From Deltaproteobacteria bacterium (GTDB lineage Bacteria > UBA10199 > JADGCS01): a DNA stretch of 64,000 bases. Each line of letters begins with the position of its first letter. Positions within the stretch are counted from its first letter, which is position 1. Of this stretch, positions 20,331 to 29,554 are shown in pieces. Both the position numbers and the translations under genes were made by a program. The notes under the pieces are model-generated. The model did no database searches and was not told where the DNA came from. It saw nothing but the letters and a program-made list of their open reading frames with translations. The stretch is from assembly GCA_015228875.1 (NCBI GenBank), contig JADGCS010000001.1, forward strand, positions 55,886 to 119,885, in the 5' to 3' direction.

Positions 20331-20665
20331 AAGGGCACCTTGTTATGGGGAAAAACAAGAAAAACAAAACACAAATAACTGCGGGGTTGTTTACTCGATC
20401 TTGGTCACGAATTCAACCGGAGATTTACTGTATCACATTGATTGCATTCTTGCCAAACTATCGATGACAGGTTGTTTTATCCGAGCATTGTTTTAACCCT
20501 TTCACACCTGTCACAAATACATTCTTCTCGCGCCCAAGAAATCGGTGTCGCATAAGGCTTCAACCAACGAACCCAAAAGGTCATTTTCAGGTATCACAGT
20601 CGAGAGTATCTCCCCGATGTGATCTATTGACAAGGATATAAAATATTGAATATACACTTTATTAT

Positions 20666-20938
20666 ATGTATACTGTTTATGAACACAAGAGAGTAAAATT
20701 GCAGATCAAGAAAGCTCCTCCAGATGTCAAAAGAAAGTATATGGCATGGAAAAGGATTATGGAACTCGAGGGTCAGTATGGACTGAGTTTTATCAAGGGA
20801 TTCCATGATGAGGGTTTAAAAGGCCAATGGAAAGGGTTTCGATCATCACGTCTTGGTTTAAAATGGCGCGTTATTTATAAAATATACAAGGATGATTTAG
20901 AGGTTTATGTGATCGAAATTAACCCACATAAATATTGA
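20666..20938 (+). CDS. higB: Type II toxin, RelE/ParE (HigB-like) family
   Basis: 90-aa basic protein ending ...GLKWRVIYKIYKDDLEVYVIEINPHKY, placed upstream of an HTH antitoxin. Confidence 0.7.
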   Translation: MYTVYEHKRVKLQIKKAPPDVKRKYMAWKRIMELEGQYGLSFIKGFHDEGLKGQWKGFRSSRLGLKWRVIYKIYKDDLEVYVIEINPHKY

Positions 20939-21222
20939 GAGGCAACATTATGAGAAAGATTAATAAAAAAAATTTTGAGAAAGCAAAAGATCACATCAAA
21001 ATGACTCCTGGTGAAATGCTTGTCACATTACGTAAACTGCAGGATATCTCGCAGAACGATTTGTCAGAGATGACGGGAATGAGCCAATCAAACATTTCCA
21101 ATATGGAATCAGGGCGCCAACAAATAGGAAGAGATAGAGCTCTCGTTTTGGCTCAGGCCCTCAAAGTGCATCCTTCAGTTATTCTGTTTCCAGATTACCA
21201 AATGGATGAATGTGCGGTATAA
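20935..21222 (+). CDS. higA: XRE-family HTH antitoxin (HigA-like)
   Basis: QNDLSEMTGMSQSNISNMESGRQ helix-turn-helix. Overlaps the higB stop. The alternative start ATG 20950 has a better RBS. Confidence 0.7.
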   Translation: MRGNIMRKINKKNFEKAKDHIKMTPGEMLVTLRKLQDISQNDLSEMTGMSQSNISNMESGRQQIGRDRALVLAQALKVHPSVILFPDYQMDECAV

Positions 21223-21235
21223 CGTTTCGATTACC

Positions 21236-21262
21236 TGCAGCGGCTGTGCCGCTGTCTTGACC
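21236..21262. terminator. Candidate bidirectional terminator hairpin between convergent higA and ORF 21323
   Basis: gcagcggctgtgccgctg stem-loop followed by a T-containing tract; weak. Confidence 0.3.
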
Positions 21263-21322
21263 TCCGTCTATTTTTGACCTTAAACGGGGCGGGCAACAGA
21301 GTCTCGTGATTACTGGTCAAGA

Positions 21323-22210
21323 TCAATTATGAAAAAGCGGCACCTCGCGCATCTTGTCAAACTCTGCGGTATGAAATCTTTTCATGCGCTCCAATACCTT
21401 TTTGCCTGAAGCGGTGAGCTTTATGTACACCCTGCCCATGCAGAAATAGCCTTCAATAGAGGACCGGAACCGGTTGAGTTGTGCCTCGAAGACAGCCATG
21501 TCACTCTCCATGGCCTCGATTTGATTTTTCTTGTCCCTTAAGATCTCTACCAGTTGATGGGCAGCATGGACGTGGTCGGCCCTCTTTTGTTCGAGGCGCT
21601 CCTTTTTTTTGCCCGCATCTATTTCGGGGTTGAAGTAGCTCATGAATGACCGCGTCATGACCATCCACGATGAATTGACATGCCAGGATGTGATTTGATC
21701 TTCTATTTTTTCTATCTCCCTTGTGTGATGCAGAAGTTTTTTTGTGATCTCTACTGTTTGTCTTCTGATCGGGAAGATCTGATCCTGAACCGACTGGATA
21801 AAACCCTTAAGGGCTGAAATCTCAGAGACCTCCCATTGAATTTCCTGGGCAGCGCGCATTTTTACAAGGCCCTCATCGTTAAGCCTGTTAAGAAAAGAGA
21901 GGGGAACTGTTTCGAGATCATGGTTTGTTGTCCCTGTTTCGGCAAAGAGCAGGACGTCGAATTTTTTTACCTGTATGGAATCTGTTGCCGAAAAATCGCT
22001 TCTGATCCTTTCTATTTTTTTGCCTGGCCCCACTGTTTCTGAAGAGGGCGTTTGTAAATCCGATTGATAGGTGAGGGATTCATCCGCATCCAATGTCCCC
22101 GGAGGTACATCAGAGACAGAGATGCTTAACTCGTGCGAGAGCCCGCGATATTTTATATGGTCAGTCATGGCAGCAAGATAACGCATGAAGGAAATGATGA
22201 CTATAGGCAT
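21323..22210 (-). CDS. Hypothetical coiled-coil protein
   Basis: Long ORF without recognisable motifs. Confidence 0.4.
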   Translation of the reverse strand: MPIVIISFMRYLAAMTDHIKYRGLSHELSISVSDVPPGTLDADESLTYQSDLQTPSSETVGPGKKIERIRSDFSATDSIQVKKFDVLLFAETGTTNHDLETVPLSFLNRLNDEGLVKMRAAQEIQWEVSEISALKGFIQSVQDQIFPIRRQTVEITKKLLHHTREIEKIEDQITSWHVNSSWMVMTRSFMSYFNPEIDAGKKKERLEQKRADHVHAAHQLVEILRDKKNQIEAMESDMAVFEAQLNRFRSSIEGYFCMGRVYIKLTASGKKVLERMKRFHTAEFDKMREVPLFHN

Positions 22211-22299
22211 GCCTGATCACAAACCTTTGGTCTCTCGCGCATTGTTGTAGCGTATTGAAATTATTTATGTATTTCTCGTTAACATGACAAAGAACACCT

Positions 22300-24099
22300 G
22301 TGGGTCAGAAATGTAATAAACATTTTGAGATTGGTCTGAAAAGGGGTATGACCCTTTTGGCAGAACAAGCAGAACAAAGTGATACTATGATCAAACAACG
22401 CATCTTACTCTTTGCCCTTTTGTTTTCGATGACGCTTGCGGGGGTGCTGGGTCATCTGATCTGGAAGGACCTGCTGGGTCGCGAAAATAAAGGGTATGCT
22501 GTTAAAATGATCCGGGGTATGTATGCCCTTGTCAATAATGTCGATCAAGTTGTGCATCGACACATTACCCCGGAACTTTATAAAGACATTCTGCATCAGC
22601 CCCTATCAAAGACGTCTTTTAAGGACTCTCAGGTTTTTAATAATTTAAGAAAAGAACTCAAAAAAATTGACGGTCTTCACAATTTTTATATCGGATTTTA
22701 CACAGACTGTAGCGATGAAGAACCCGGTTCATGTTATTTTGATGACTACCCGGGTGGACAGGTTGTCAGGCGCTACGAGCCAGAGAGCCGCCCATGGTAT
22801 CTTGCCACGCATTCCCACACCGACTGGGTCCTGATCAACTTTATGAGGTTAAAGGAAACCCTCTCGACAGATTACCCTCCAAAGTGGGGATGGGTCTTGA
22901 GCAAAAAAATCGTTTACGATGAACAGGACGACCCTGCAGACAGCCCGCGGGACAAGGGTCTCTGGATCAACCTTTATATCCCGTTTGAGCAAAAAGAAAA
23001 TCTGGAACAGGACTTCAACGAATATCATGGCTCCATCCTTGAACTCGCCCTTTCAAAGGATTACCCCTATTTTTTCTTTTTTGAACTTTTTTTTAAGACG
23101 GTGCTGTTTCCCAAAAAAGCAATCTCTGATCCGGGATCACTGACCATCCTGTGCCATCAAAACAACGAGTACGAACTCTTCAGTTCTCTGTACAGGTCCT
23201 TTGTTTCCTGCCAGGTCAACAAAGAGACGATCCATTTTAATTTTTCAAAAAAATATGATCATTCCTGGCACCGCCTTTTTCTGGTGTTCATTGGACTCGT
23301 GTTTGTTTTTGTGACTTATTTTTTCTTCAGGTACATCCAGGGCCTTCAGATGCAGAGCATCAACAACAGACTGGAAATTGAAAAAGCCAAAACAGCAAAC
23401 TTGATCGGATCAAAGCTCATCCACGATCTCAAAAAGGGCATCATGGCCCCACTCAACCAACTCCCGCAGATTTATGAACACAACTTCGAGTCCGAGGCGC
23501 TGCAACGCGATTTTAAGGAGCGTCTCAAGGCCAACTTTAAACAGCATTTTAAATACTTAAGTTTGCTGAGTAAATACACTCAGCTTCTCACAAACAATTT
23601 AAAGAGAACGCGGGAAAAAAGGTGGGTCAAACTTGATCAGACAATCATGGTGCAATACCTCGACTGGATACTGGGCCGCCATGAAGTGGACATCATCCCG
23701 GTGAACGATGAAGATATTGTTTTAAGAATGGAAATCGAATCGACGGAAAAAATACAGGCAGGGCTTTATCTGTCGGTCAACTTTCCAGACATGTATATCC
23801 CCGAAATATCCTTTTACCGCATCCTTAAAAACATCTGGGAAAACTACAACGCCTACGGAAAAGGGTCGCTTGTTATTGAGTGCGAAAAGCAGAACCACAT
23901 GATGATTGTCAGGGCAACAAACCAGATCAAAGAGCAGACTGAACACACAGCGTCAGCAACCAATCTGGGGCTTACCATCATCAATCAACTTTTGGAGGAC
24001 AATTTTGGCGCAGAAAGGGTTAACGCCTCTGTCAAAAAAGATGATGATCTTTACCTGATCAACATTGTTTTCCCGATCCTTGAGGTTCCTCCCGAGTAA
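22300..24099 (+). CDS. Sensor histidine kinase with periplasmic Cache-like domain
   Basis: TM1, periplasmic region with RPWYLATHS (Cache PWY motif) and TM2. Then LIHDLKKGIMAPL (H-box-like) and a C-terminal ATPase with NLGLTIINQLLE. Confidence 0.6.
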   Translation: MGQKCNKHFEIGLKRGMTLLAEQAEQSDTMIKQRILLFALLFSMTLAGVLGHLIWKDLLGRENKGYAVKMIRGMYALVNNVDQVVHRHITPELYKDILHQPLSKTSFKDSQVFNNLRKELKKIDGLHNFYIGFYTDCSDEEPGSCYFDDYPGGQVVRRYEPESRPWYLATHSHTDWVLINFMRLKETLSTDYPPKWGWVLSKKIVYDEQDDPADSPRDKGLWINLYIPFEQKENLEQDFNEYHGSILELALSKDYPYFFFFELFFKTVLFPKKAISDPGSLTILCHQNNEYELFSSLYRSFVSCQVNKETIHFNFSKKYDHSWHRLFLVFIGLVFVFVTYFFFRYIQGLQMQSINNRLEIEKAKTANLIGSKLIHDLKKGIMAPLNQLPQIYEHNFESEALQRDFKERLKANFKQHFKYLSLLSKYTQLLTNNLKRTREKRWVKLDQTIMVQYLDWILGRHEVDIIPVNDEDIVLRMEIESTEKIQAGLYLSVNFPDMYIPEISFYRILKNIWENYNAYGKGSLVIECEKQNHMMIVRATNQIKEQTEHTASATNLGLTIINQLLEDNFGAERVNASVKKDDDLYLINIVFPILEVPPE

Positions 24100-25320
24100 T
24101 TGCTGATGATCAAACCATTTCTCAACATACTGCTGCTCGATGACGACAACAATTTCGCCGCAACACAGGCCGAAAACATCAGGCATCGGCTGCACGCGTC
24201 TTACGGGCTCGATAAAGAGGTTTTTTTTATTGAAAGCAGCACACGCCTGGATACGATTACCGAGACCATCAGCTCAAGAAACTGGGACGTGGTTTTGTGT
24301 GATCTTGGCTGGGGGGATCTTAATCTCGAAGGTATCCAGATTCTCAACGACATCAAAATGTCTTACCCTTCGGTCTACGCCTTTCTGTACACGGCTCAGG
24401 ACCCCAGTGACGAAACAGTGAGTCAGGCACTGCAGTGGAAGCTCAATTTTATAGATGACATCATCCCGATCGATGAGCAGGATTATACAATGCGCATGGT
24501 TGCCAATATCATCGACGTCTTTGAACGCAAGCGGTCCTTGCTCCTTTCCAAAAAGGATCCCGAGGATACCATTAAACTGCTCGAGGATTTTTTAAAGGCA
24601 GAGTCCGTACACAAAAATAAGATGTGCGAAAAAAACTTTGCAGAAGGGTACCTTTTTAAACACGTCTTTCCGGAGTGCCATTATCTGGCACTCACTGAGC
24701 CAGCTTTTGCTGATGATGTGGCAGGGGTGTGGAGGGGGAAGGTCTTAAACATCATTGATCAGCTAGATCACCAGACGCACGAACACGATGTGTCCATCAG
24801 GGGAACACGCTTACTCCCCAAAAATCAGAGGGTGGCGGTCATCAAGGATTTATCACGCGAGCTGCATGACATTCAAAAGAGGATACAACCGCTCCTCAAC
24901 GAACAGGCGGAATCACTCGCTGCCGAGATTTGTGTCTCCCAGTACGAGCTATCCATCAAGATTAAAGAAAACCCCATCGACCAGCGTTTAAAAAAATACA
25001 ACGACCTCATCCTTAACAAAAAAAGATTCCCGCGTGTCGAGGGCCATGACCTTCTTGCCCTCGATAAAACCTCTTTCATTGAGTTTATCAAGTCCACATA
25101 CGGTGGTTTTCCTCAAATGGCCGAAAGACGCGGGTTGGATCTTAACAATATTTACCGTGTCAACAGAAAATTTAAAAACCTGCCGTTTATTGTATTTAAA
25201 TACGAAACGATCGCCGAGATCATCGGCATTCACAATCCGGACGCCCTAAACGAAAAGATCGCCAGGCTGCTGTCACAGGAAAGACAGATCAGACGCGTTG
25301 TCAACAGACTGCCGCGGTGA
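24100..25320 (+). CDS. Response-regulator receiver protein with uncharacterised 250-aa C-terminal output domain
   Basis: ILLLDDD...VVLCDLGWGD...YTAQDPSD receiver motifs. The C-terminal domain was not recognised. Confidence 0.55.
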   Translation: MLMIKPFLNILLLDDDNNFAATQAENIRHRLHASYGLDKEVFFIESSTRLDTITETISSRNWDVVLCDLGWGDLNLEGIQILNDIKMSYPSVYAFLYTAQDPSDETVSQALQWKLNFIDDIIPIDEQDYTMRMVANIIDVFERKRSLLLSKKDPEDTIKLLEDFLKAESVHKNKMCEKNFAEGYLFKHVFPECHYLALTEPAFADDVAGVWRGKVLNIIDQLDHQTHEHDVSIRGTRLLPKNQRVAVIKDLSRELHDIQKRIQPLLNEQAESLAAEICVSQYELSIKIKENPIDQRLKKYNDLILNKKRFPRVEGHDLLALDKTSFIEFIKSTYGGFPQMAERRGLDLNNIYRVNRKFKNLPFIVFKYETIAEIIGIHNPDALNEKIARLLSQERQIRRVVNRLPR

Positions 25321-25328
25321 GGGCCAAG

Positions 25329-26252
25329 TCACCCATTTCCAATCCTGATTTTTTCCGAGGTTGTGTTTTCACGATTGTCTGATACCTCTGTCGCCTCTTT
25401 GCCCGATTGTTCCTCTATCGGGATTGGCATGTATTTGACATCCTCACGGGTGCTGTCCTCAATGAGGATCTGGCTGTCCTGAGTATCAGGGCCCCTGAAA
25501 AGCCCGTTATTCTGGGGCAGAGGTGTGTCTTCTGCGGTGGTTGCCTTCTGGGTCATGCCCCTGAAGAGCCCAAGGACAAGGCGCAGGATGTAAAGCGGAA
25601 TCACCGAAAACATGACAAGCGCGGTAAAACGGGAAAAGGGGGTGATGCCGTCAAGAATCATGGAGACATAGGCAGAGGTGTTAAACTGTGAAATAAAAAT
25701 ATCGACGGCACAAAAGACGCCAAAACCGATGATAGAGGCAACGGGAAAACGGATAAACATGAGATAATTGCGCGTGAGTTTTTTTATGCCAAATGCCAGG
25801 ACAAAGATGGATGTAAAACCCGATGCAATGGCCGCGGAGAGGGCAACAGCAGAGGTCAGGCGATAATTGATCAATTGATCGAGCAGGGTGTCGAACTGTG
25901 AGGTCTCAGGGTCGAGGCTGTGTTTTTTAAACATCATGAGCAGAAAGAAAGAGAGTAAGACCATGCCTGCGGTGTTGAGAGATGCATAAAAGGCGGATTT
26001 AAAGCCGTAAAATTCGAAGACAAGATACAGACAAATAAATGAGATAAAGAGTGCCATGTGGGAGAGTGGCATCAAGCCTGTGATGACGGTGATGTGTGGC
26101 TCACCGTCGGTTGTGGTGGCCTCAACACTGGGGTAGAACGGGATCTGCTTTGCGGACAGGACGAGTCCAAGGACCGCAATAGTGATCGCGACAGCAAAAA
26201 GCAGATACTGCACCAGGAAAATTTTTGTGGGGATGGGTTTCATATCTTGCAA
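25329..26252 (-). CDS. Integral membrane protein (possibly YhhQ/VUT-like)
   Basis: Six or more hydrophobic helices. The family assignment is tentative. Confidence 0.4.
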   Translation of the reverse strand: MQDMKPIPTKIFLVQYLLFAVAITIAVLGLVLSAKQIPFYPSVEATTTDGEPHITVITGLMPLSHMALFISFICLYLVFEFYGFKSAFYASLNTAGMVLLSFFLLMMFKKHSLDPETSQFDTLLDQLINYRLTSAVALSAAIASGFTSIFVLAFGIKKLTRNYLMFIRFPVASIIGFGVFCAVDIFISQFNTSAYVSMILDGITPFSRFTALVMFSVIPLYILRLVLGLFRGMTQKATTAEDTPLPQNNGLFRGPDTQDSQILIEDSTREDVKYMPIPIEEQSGKEATEVSDNRENTTSEKIRIGNG

Positions 26253-26311
26253 AAGCGTGGGCCATGAGAAATTCTGACGTATCCGCAGGAACGTCAGAAT
26301 TGCTTATGGTC

Positions 26312-26462
26312 TGGTAACTTCTCAATAAGTCATGGCGCATGCATACGTCATTGCGAGCGTACGCGAAGCAATCCCCCGAGTTCACTCATGAGATTGCTTT
26401 GGTCGCTTACGCTCCCTCGCAATGACGGCCGCAACTGCCAGGGGTTATTGAGAGAAGTTACA
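26312..26462. repeat. About 150-bp imperfect palindrome built from two inverted family-C units (cgtcattgcgag...aagcaatc) with perfect 15-bp outer arms
   Basis: gtaacttctcaataa (26314-26328) pairs with ttattgagagaagttac (26446-26462). The inner arms are also reverse-complementary. The centre is the palindrome ctcatgag. Confidence 0.8.
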
Positions 26463-26504
26463 TGGCCCGCGCTTTATTAACTGCATTTATTGGGTTTATG
26501 CAAA

Positions 26505-27257
26505 CTAATAGTACGCCCCGTACCCGGTCCACTGCTGCCAGGGATAGTGTGTGTCTGCTGTGACCTTGATCCAGAAGGGGCGCCCGGATGTTCTCCAGGG
26601 GTCAACGATCAGACCGTCCTTGAAGGGTCGTCCCATGGGGATAATGACAGCCACATTGTGTTCGGTAATTTTTTGCATGTTTGCTTCGCCCCAGACCACA
26701 TAGAAAAACCCGCGATTGACCGTCCTTAAATAAGCAAGCAGGTCCTCCGCCCAGTGTTTGCAGGCACCCCTCTTGCGCACGCCGACATCGATCATCATAT
26801 TGTGGACAATAGGAATAAAGATTGACCTGTAGGATTTTTTTAATCTTCTGATCTCGTTAAATAGGCCCACAGTCAGTACGGTGGCCTCGGTTTGCAGACT
26901 GGCGCGGTCAAAGTCGGTGTTTTTATAATGAGCAGTGTACAGATCGATCAGATCTTCCCTGAGTCTATAAAGGGGGTCGATTTGTTTTTTTTGTTCTACA
27001 AGATCAAAGTACTCTTTTTTGTAAGAGGCCTGTTTTTTAGAAAGCCTGTTTAGATTTTTGCCCTTGGAATTTTTGAATCGCCTGATGAGATCGGGCGAAA
27101 GGGTAGAGATCAGTTTGTTGTACCTTGTCGTTATCTCTGTGTGGTAAGAGTCGAAGTTTTCGGGGGTGATTTGAGTAAGGTAGTCCCGTTTTGCCATGGC
27201 AGAAGGGGAGATAAAGACAAAAATCAATAACAGGATCGAGATCAGGGTCTGTTTCAT
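26505..27257 (-). CDS. Secreted hypothetical protein
   Basis: MKQTLISILLLIFVFISPSAMA signal peptide. Confidence 0.45.
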   Translation of the reverse strand: MKQTLISILLLIFVFISPSAMAKRDYLTQITPENFDSYHTEITTRYNKLISTLSPDLIRRFKNSKGKNLNRLSKKQASYKKEYFDLVEQKKQIDPLYRLREDLIDLYTAHYKNTDFDRASLQTEATVLTVGLFNEIRRLKKSYRSIFIPIVHNMMIDVGVRKRGACKHWAEDLLAYLRTVNRGFFYVVWGEANMQKITEHNVAVIIPMGRPFKDGLIVDPWRTSGRPFWIKVTADTHYPWQQWTGYGAYY

Positions 27258-27543
27258 ATGTCTGATAAAACCTTTCTTGCGTTGCATGGGTTGGCAGGCA
27301 CCCCTGTTTTACCATGAAGATTATGCAAAAATCCATGGCGCAAAGCGGCCCTGACGGATGTAACCATTTTTGGCAGAAATCAAGAGAATACTCACTTTAA
27401 ATTAACTTGAAAATTATGCAAAAAGGAAGACGCGTTCAATGCGTCTTTGTTTTTGCCGAAAAAAAATGACATTAGTTTTATTGCATTAACAGGGATGGCG
27501 TTGTAAATGTTCGTATCCTGCAAATCATGGGGAGGGGGGGACA

Positions 27544-27936
27544 ATGGAGCCTTCTAAGATACTGCTTGTCGATGATGAAAGAGGCTACATCGATAGTCTT
27601 TCGGGGCGCCTTGTGATTCGCGGTTTTGATGTCCGTGGCGTCGAGGATGGTTTTAAAGCCATCGAAGCCCTTAAGGATTTCAGGGCAGATGTCGTCCTGC
27701 TTGATGTGGTCATGCCAGGCAAGGACGGCGTGCAGACGCTCAGGGAGATCAAACAAAATTACCCCAACATTGAAGTCATCATACTCACAGGCAACGCAGA
27801 TGCGCAGACAGCGATTAACGTAATGGAGCTCGGGGCCTTCGACTACCTTCTTAAACCGGTTGGTGTGGATCATCTTGTCTGCAGGCTCAACGATGCCTGC
27901 AAGAAAAAAATGCTGCTCTTAAAAAAAGTGTATTAG
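27544..27936 (+). CDS. Single-domain response regulator (CheY-like receiver)
   Basis: ILLVDDE...VVLLDVVMPGKDG...IILTGNAD...LLKP. Confidence 0.9.
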   Translation: MEPSKILLVDDERGYIDSLSGRLVIRGFDVRGVEDGFKAIEALKDFRADVVLLDVVMPGKDGVQTLREIKQNYPNIEVIILTGNADAQTAINVMELGAFDYLLKPVGVDHLVCRLNDACKKKMLLLKKVY

Positions 27937-28152
27937 CCGTTTGTGTCGAGCGGCAATGCGCTTGAGAACATAACAAGTGTCTGTCGGTAAATGCCCTGTT
28001 TCTTCGGAAGTTTGAAAATTTTGCCGCTTGCAAAATATTTCAAACCCTGAAAAATCATGTCTTTATGTTTTGTCACGGGACATGATTTTTCAGGACTCCT
28101 GCGAAACAGGGCGTTTACCGACAGACACAAACCAAGCCAGCGAGGTACAAAA

Positions 28153-29433
28153 ATGAAAAAAATGAGAAAAGTCTACGACATGATGCTGGAGGCATCAGTG
28201 GCTCATGCAAAATGGGATTACGAGGTCTCTTCCAATATCTTAAAAAGAAAGAGTCGTCTCCTTATCCTTTTTATTCTCCTGCTTCCGATTATACTGGTGT
28301 CCCTTGCGCAGGCAACAGGCAATCTGCCGGTATCTCTCGGCGGAAAGGAAACTTACACACCAGAGTTCTACACAACATCGGTCTTTCTCCTTTCGATTGT
28401 CATCGGTTTTTGTGCCGGACTCATTACGGGCTGTATCGGTGCGGGTGGCGGGTTTATTATTACGCCCGCCCTGATGAGCATTGGGATCAAGGGCATCCTG
28501 GCCGTGGGGACAGATCTTTTTCATATCTTTGCCAAGGCCATTATGGGAACTGTCATTCATAAAAAACTGGGAAATGTCTGCGTGGGACTTGCTGTGGCCT
28601 TTCTGGTTGGTTCCGGTATTGGTGTGGTTGGCGGGGGTGTGATTAACCGTACCTTGTACGAGATCAACCCCATCTTAAGCGATACCTTTATCAGCCTGTT
28701 TTATGTGTTTCTGCTCGGGTTTCTGGGAGTCTATGCCCTGACGGACTTTTTAAGGCTCAGAAAAAAGGGGGAAGATGTCGATGTGCACCGGAGCGGCAGC
28801 TCGCTCAAAGAAAAAGACGGAAGTTTAAAAAAAGCAACCCTCTCTTCAAGGCTTCAGGCCTCCAATATACCGCCCGTTATTAACTTTGATCAGGACCTTG
28901 TCCCTGGTGGTAAAAAAATTCCGGCTCTGTTTGTGGCGATCTGCGGTTCAATAGTGGGTTTTGTGGCCGCGATCATGGGTGTGGGCGGCGGTTTTTTGAC
29001 CTTCCCCATGTTTGTGTACATCCTAGGCGTGTCTTCTTACACAACTGTCGGGACCGACATCACACAGATCATTTTTACGGCCGGTTTCGCCTCGATCACC
29101 CAGTATGCCATTTATGGTTTTATTTTTTATACCTTGGCGATGGGGATGCTGATTGGTTCGCTGGCGGGTATCCAGATCGGGGCGTTGACCACAAAGGTTG
29201 TCCGTGGAATTTATATCCGCGGGTTTTATGCCATGGCCATCCTTGCCGGTTTTTTTAACAGGCTTTTTATCCTGCCCAAAAAACTGGATGAGTTGGGGGT
29301 GATTGCGATCCCCAAGACAATACTGGCAGTCCTCACCCAGTTTGGCACGATCAGTTTTTATATTACCATTGCCATTTTTGCGCTGTGGGTGACGAGCAAG
29401 TTTTTTCTTAATATCAAACAGCTCAGGGCCTAA
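28153..29433 (+). CDS. TSUP (TauE/SafE, DUF81) family membrane transporter, tandem two-domain form, paralog 1
   Basis: Two GxGGG signatures: GCIGAGGGFIITPALMSIG and MGVGGGFLTFPMFVYILG. Multiple transmembrane helices. Confidence 0.7.
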   Translation: MKKMRKVYDMMLEASVAHAKWDYEVSSNILKRKSRLLILFILLLPIILVSLAQATGNLPVSLGGKETYTPEFYTTSVFLLSIVIGFCAGLITGCIGAGGGFIITPALMSIGIKGILAVGTDLFHIFAKAIMGTVIHKKLGNVCVGLAVAFLVGSGIGVVGGGVINRTLYEINPILSDTFISLFYVFLLGFLGVYALTDFLRLRKKGEDVDVHRSGSSLKEKDGSLKKATLSSRLQASNIPPVINFDQDLVPGGKKIPALFVAICGSIVGFVAAIMGVGGGFLTFPMFVYILGVSSYTTVGTDITQIIFTAGFASITQYAIYGFIFYTLAMGMLIGSLAGIQIGALTTKVVRGIYIRGFYAMAILAGFFNRLFILPKKLDELGVIAIPKTILAVLTQFGTISFYITIAIFALWVTSKFFLNIKQLRA

Positions 29434-29554
29434 AGCTGGTTCTTTCTATGCCCCGAAGGAAATCCCCTTGGGGGAGGTGCGGTTTAACGTCAATATATGA
29501 TAGTCAGCCCGCGTGGTATTTTAGGACCGATGCGGGGTATGGAGGATAAGCAAA

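Noticed and set aside
23268-23285. Second TGGCAC motif (ctggcaccgccttttt)
   Set aside because: It lies inside the histidine-kinase CDS and the -12 element does not match TTGCW, so it is not a promoter.
25329-26252. Assigning the membrane protein as queuosine-precursor transporter YhhQ, linked to queD
   Set aside because: This rests only on a vague resemblance in hydrophobicity pattern. The gene is 13 kb from queD and carries no diagnostic motif, so it is kept as a generic membrane protein.
29441-29470. ccccgaaggaaatccccttgggg motif after TSUP-1 as an intrinsic terminator
   Set aside because: The stem is poor (mismatches after 4 GC pairs), there is no downstream U-tract, and the next gene appears co-transcribed. 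It is more likely a solitary copy of the 24-nt sub-element nested in repeat A.
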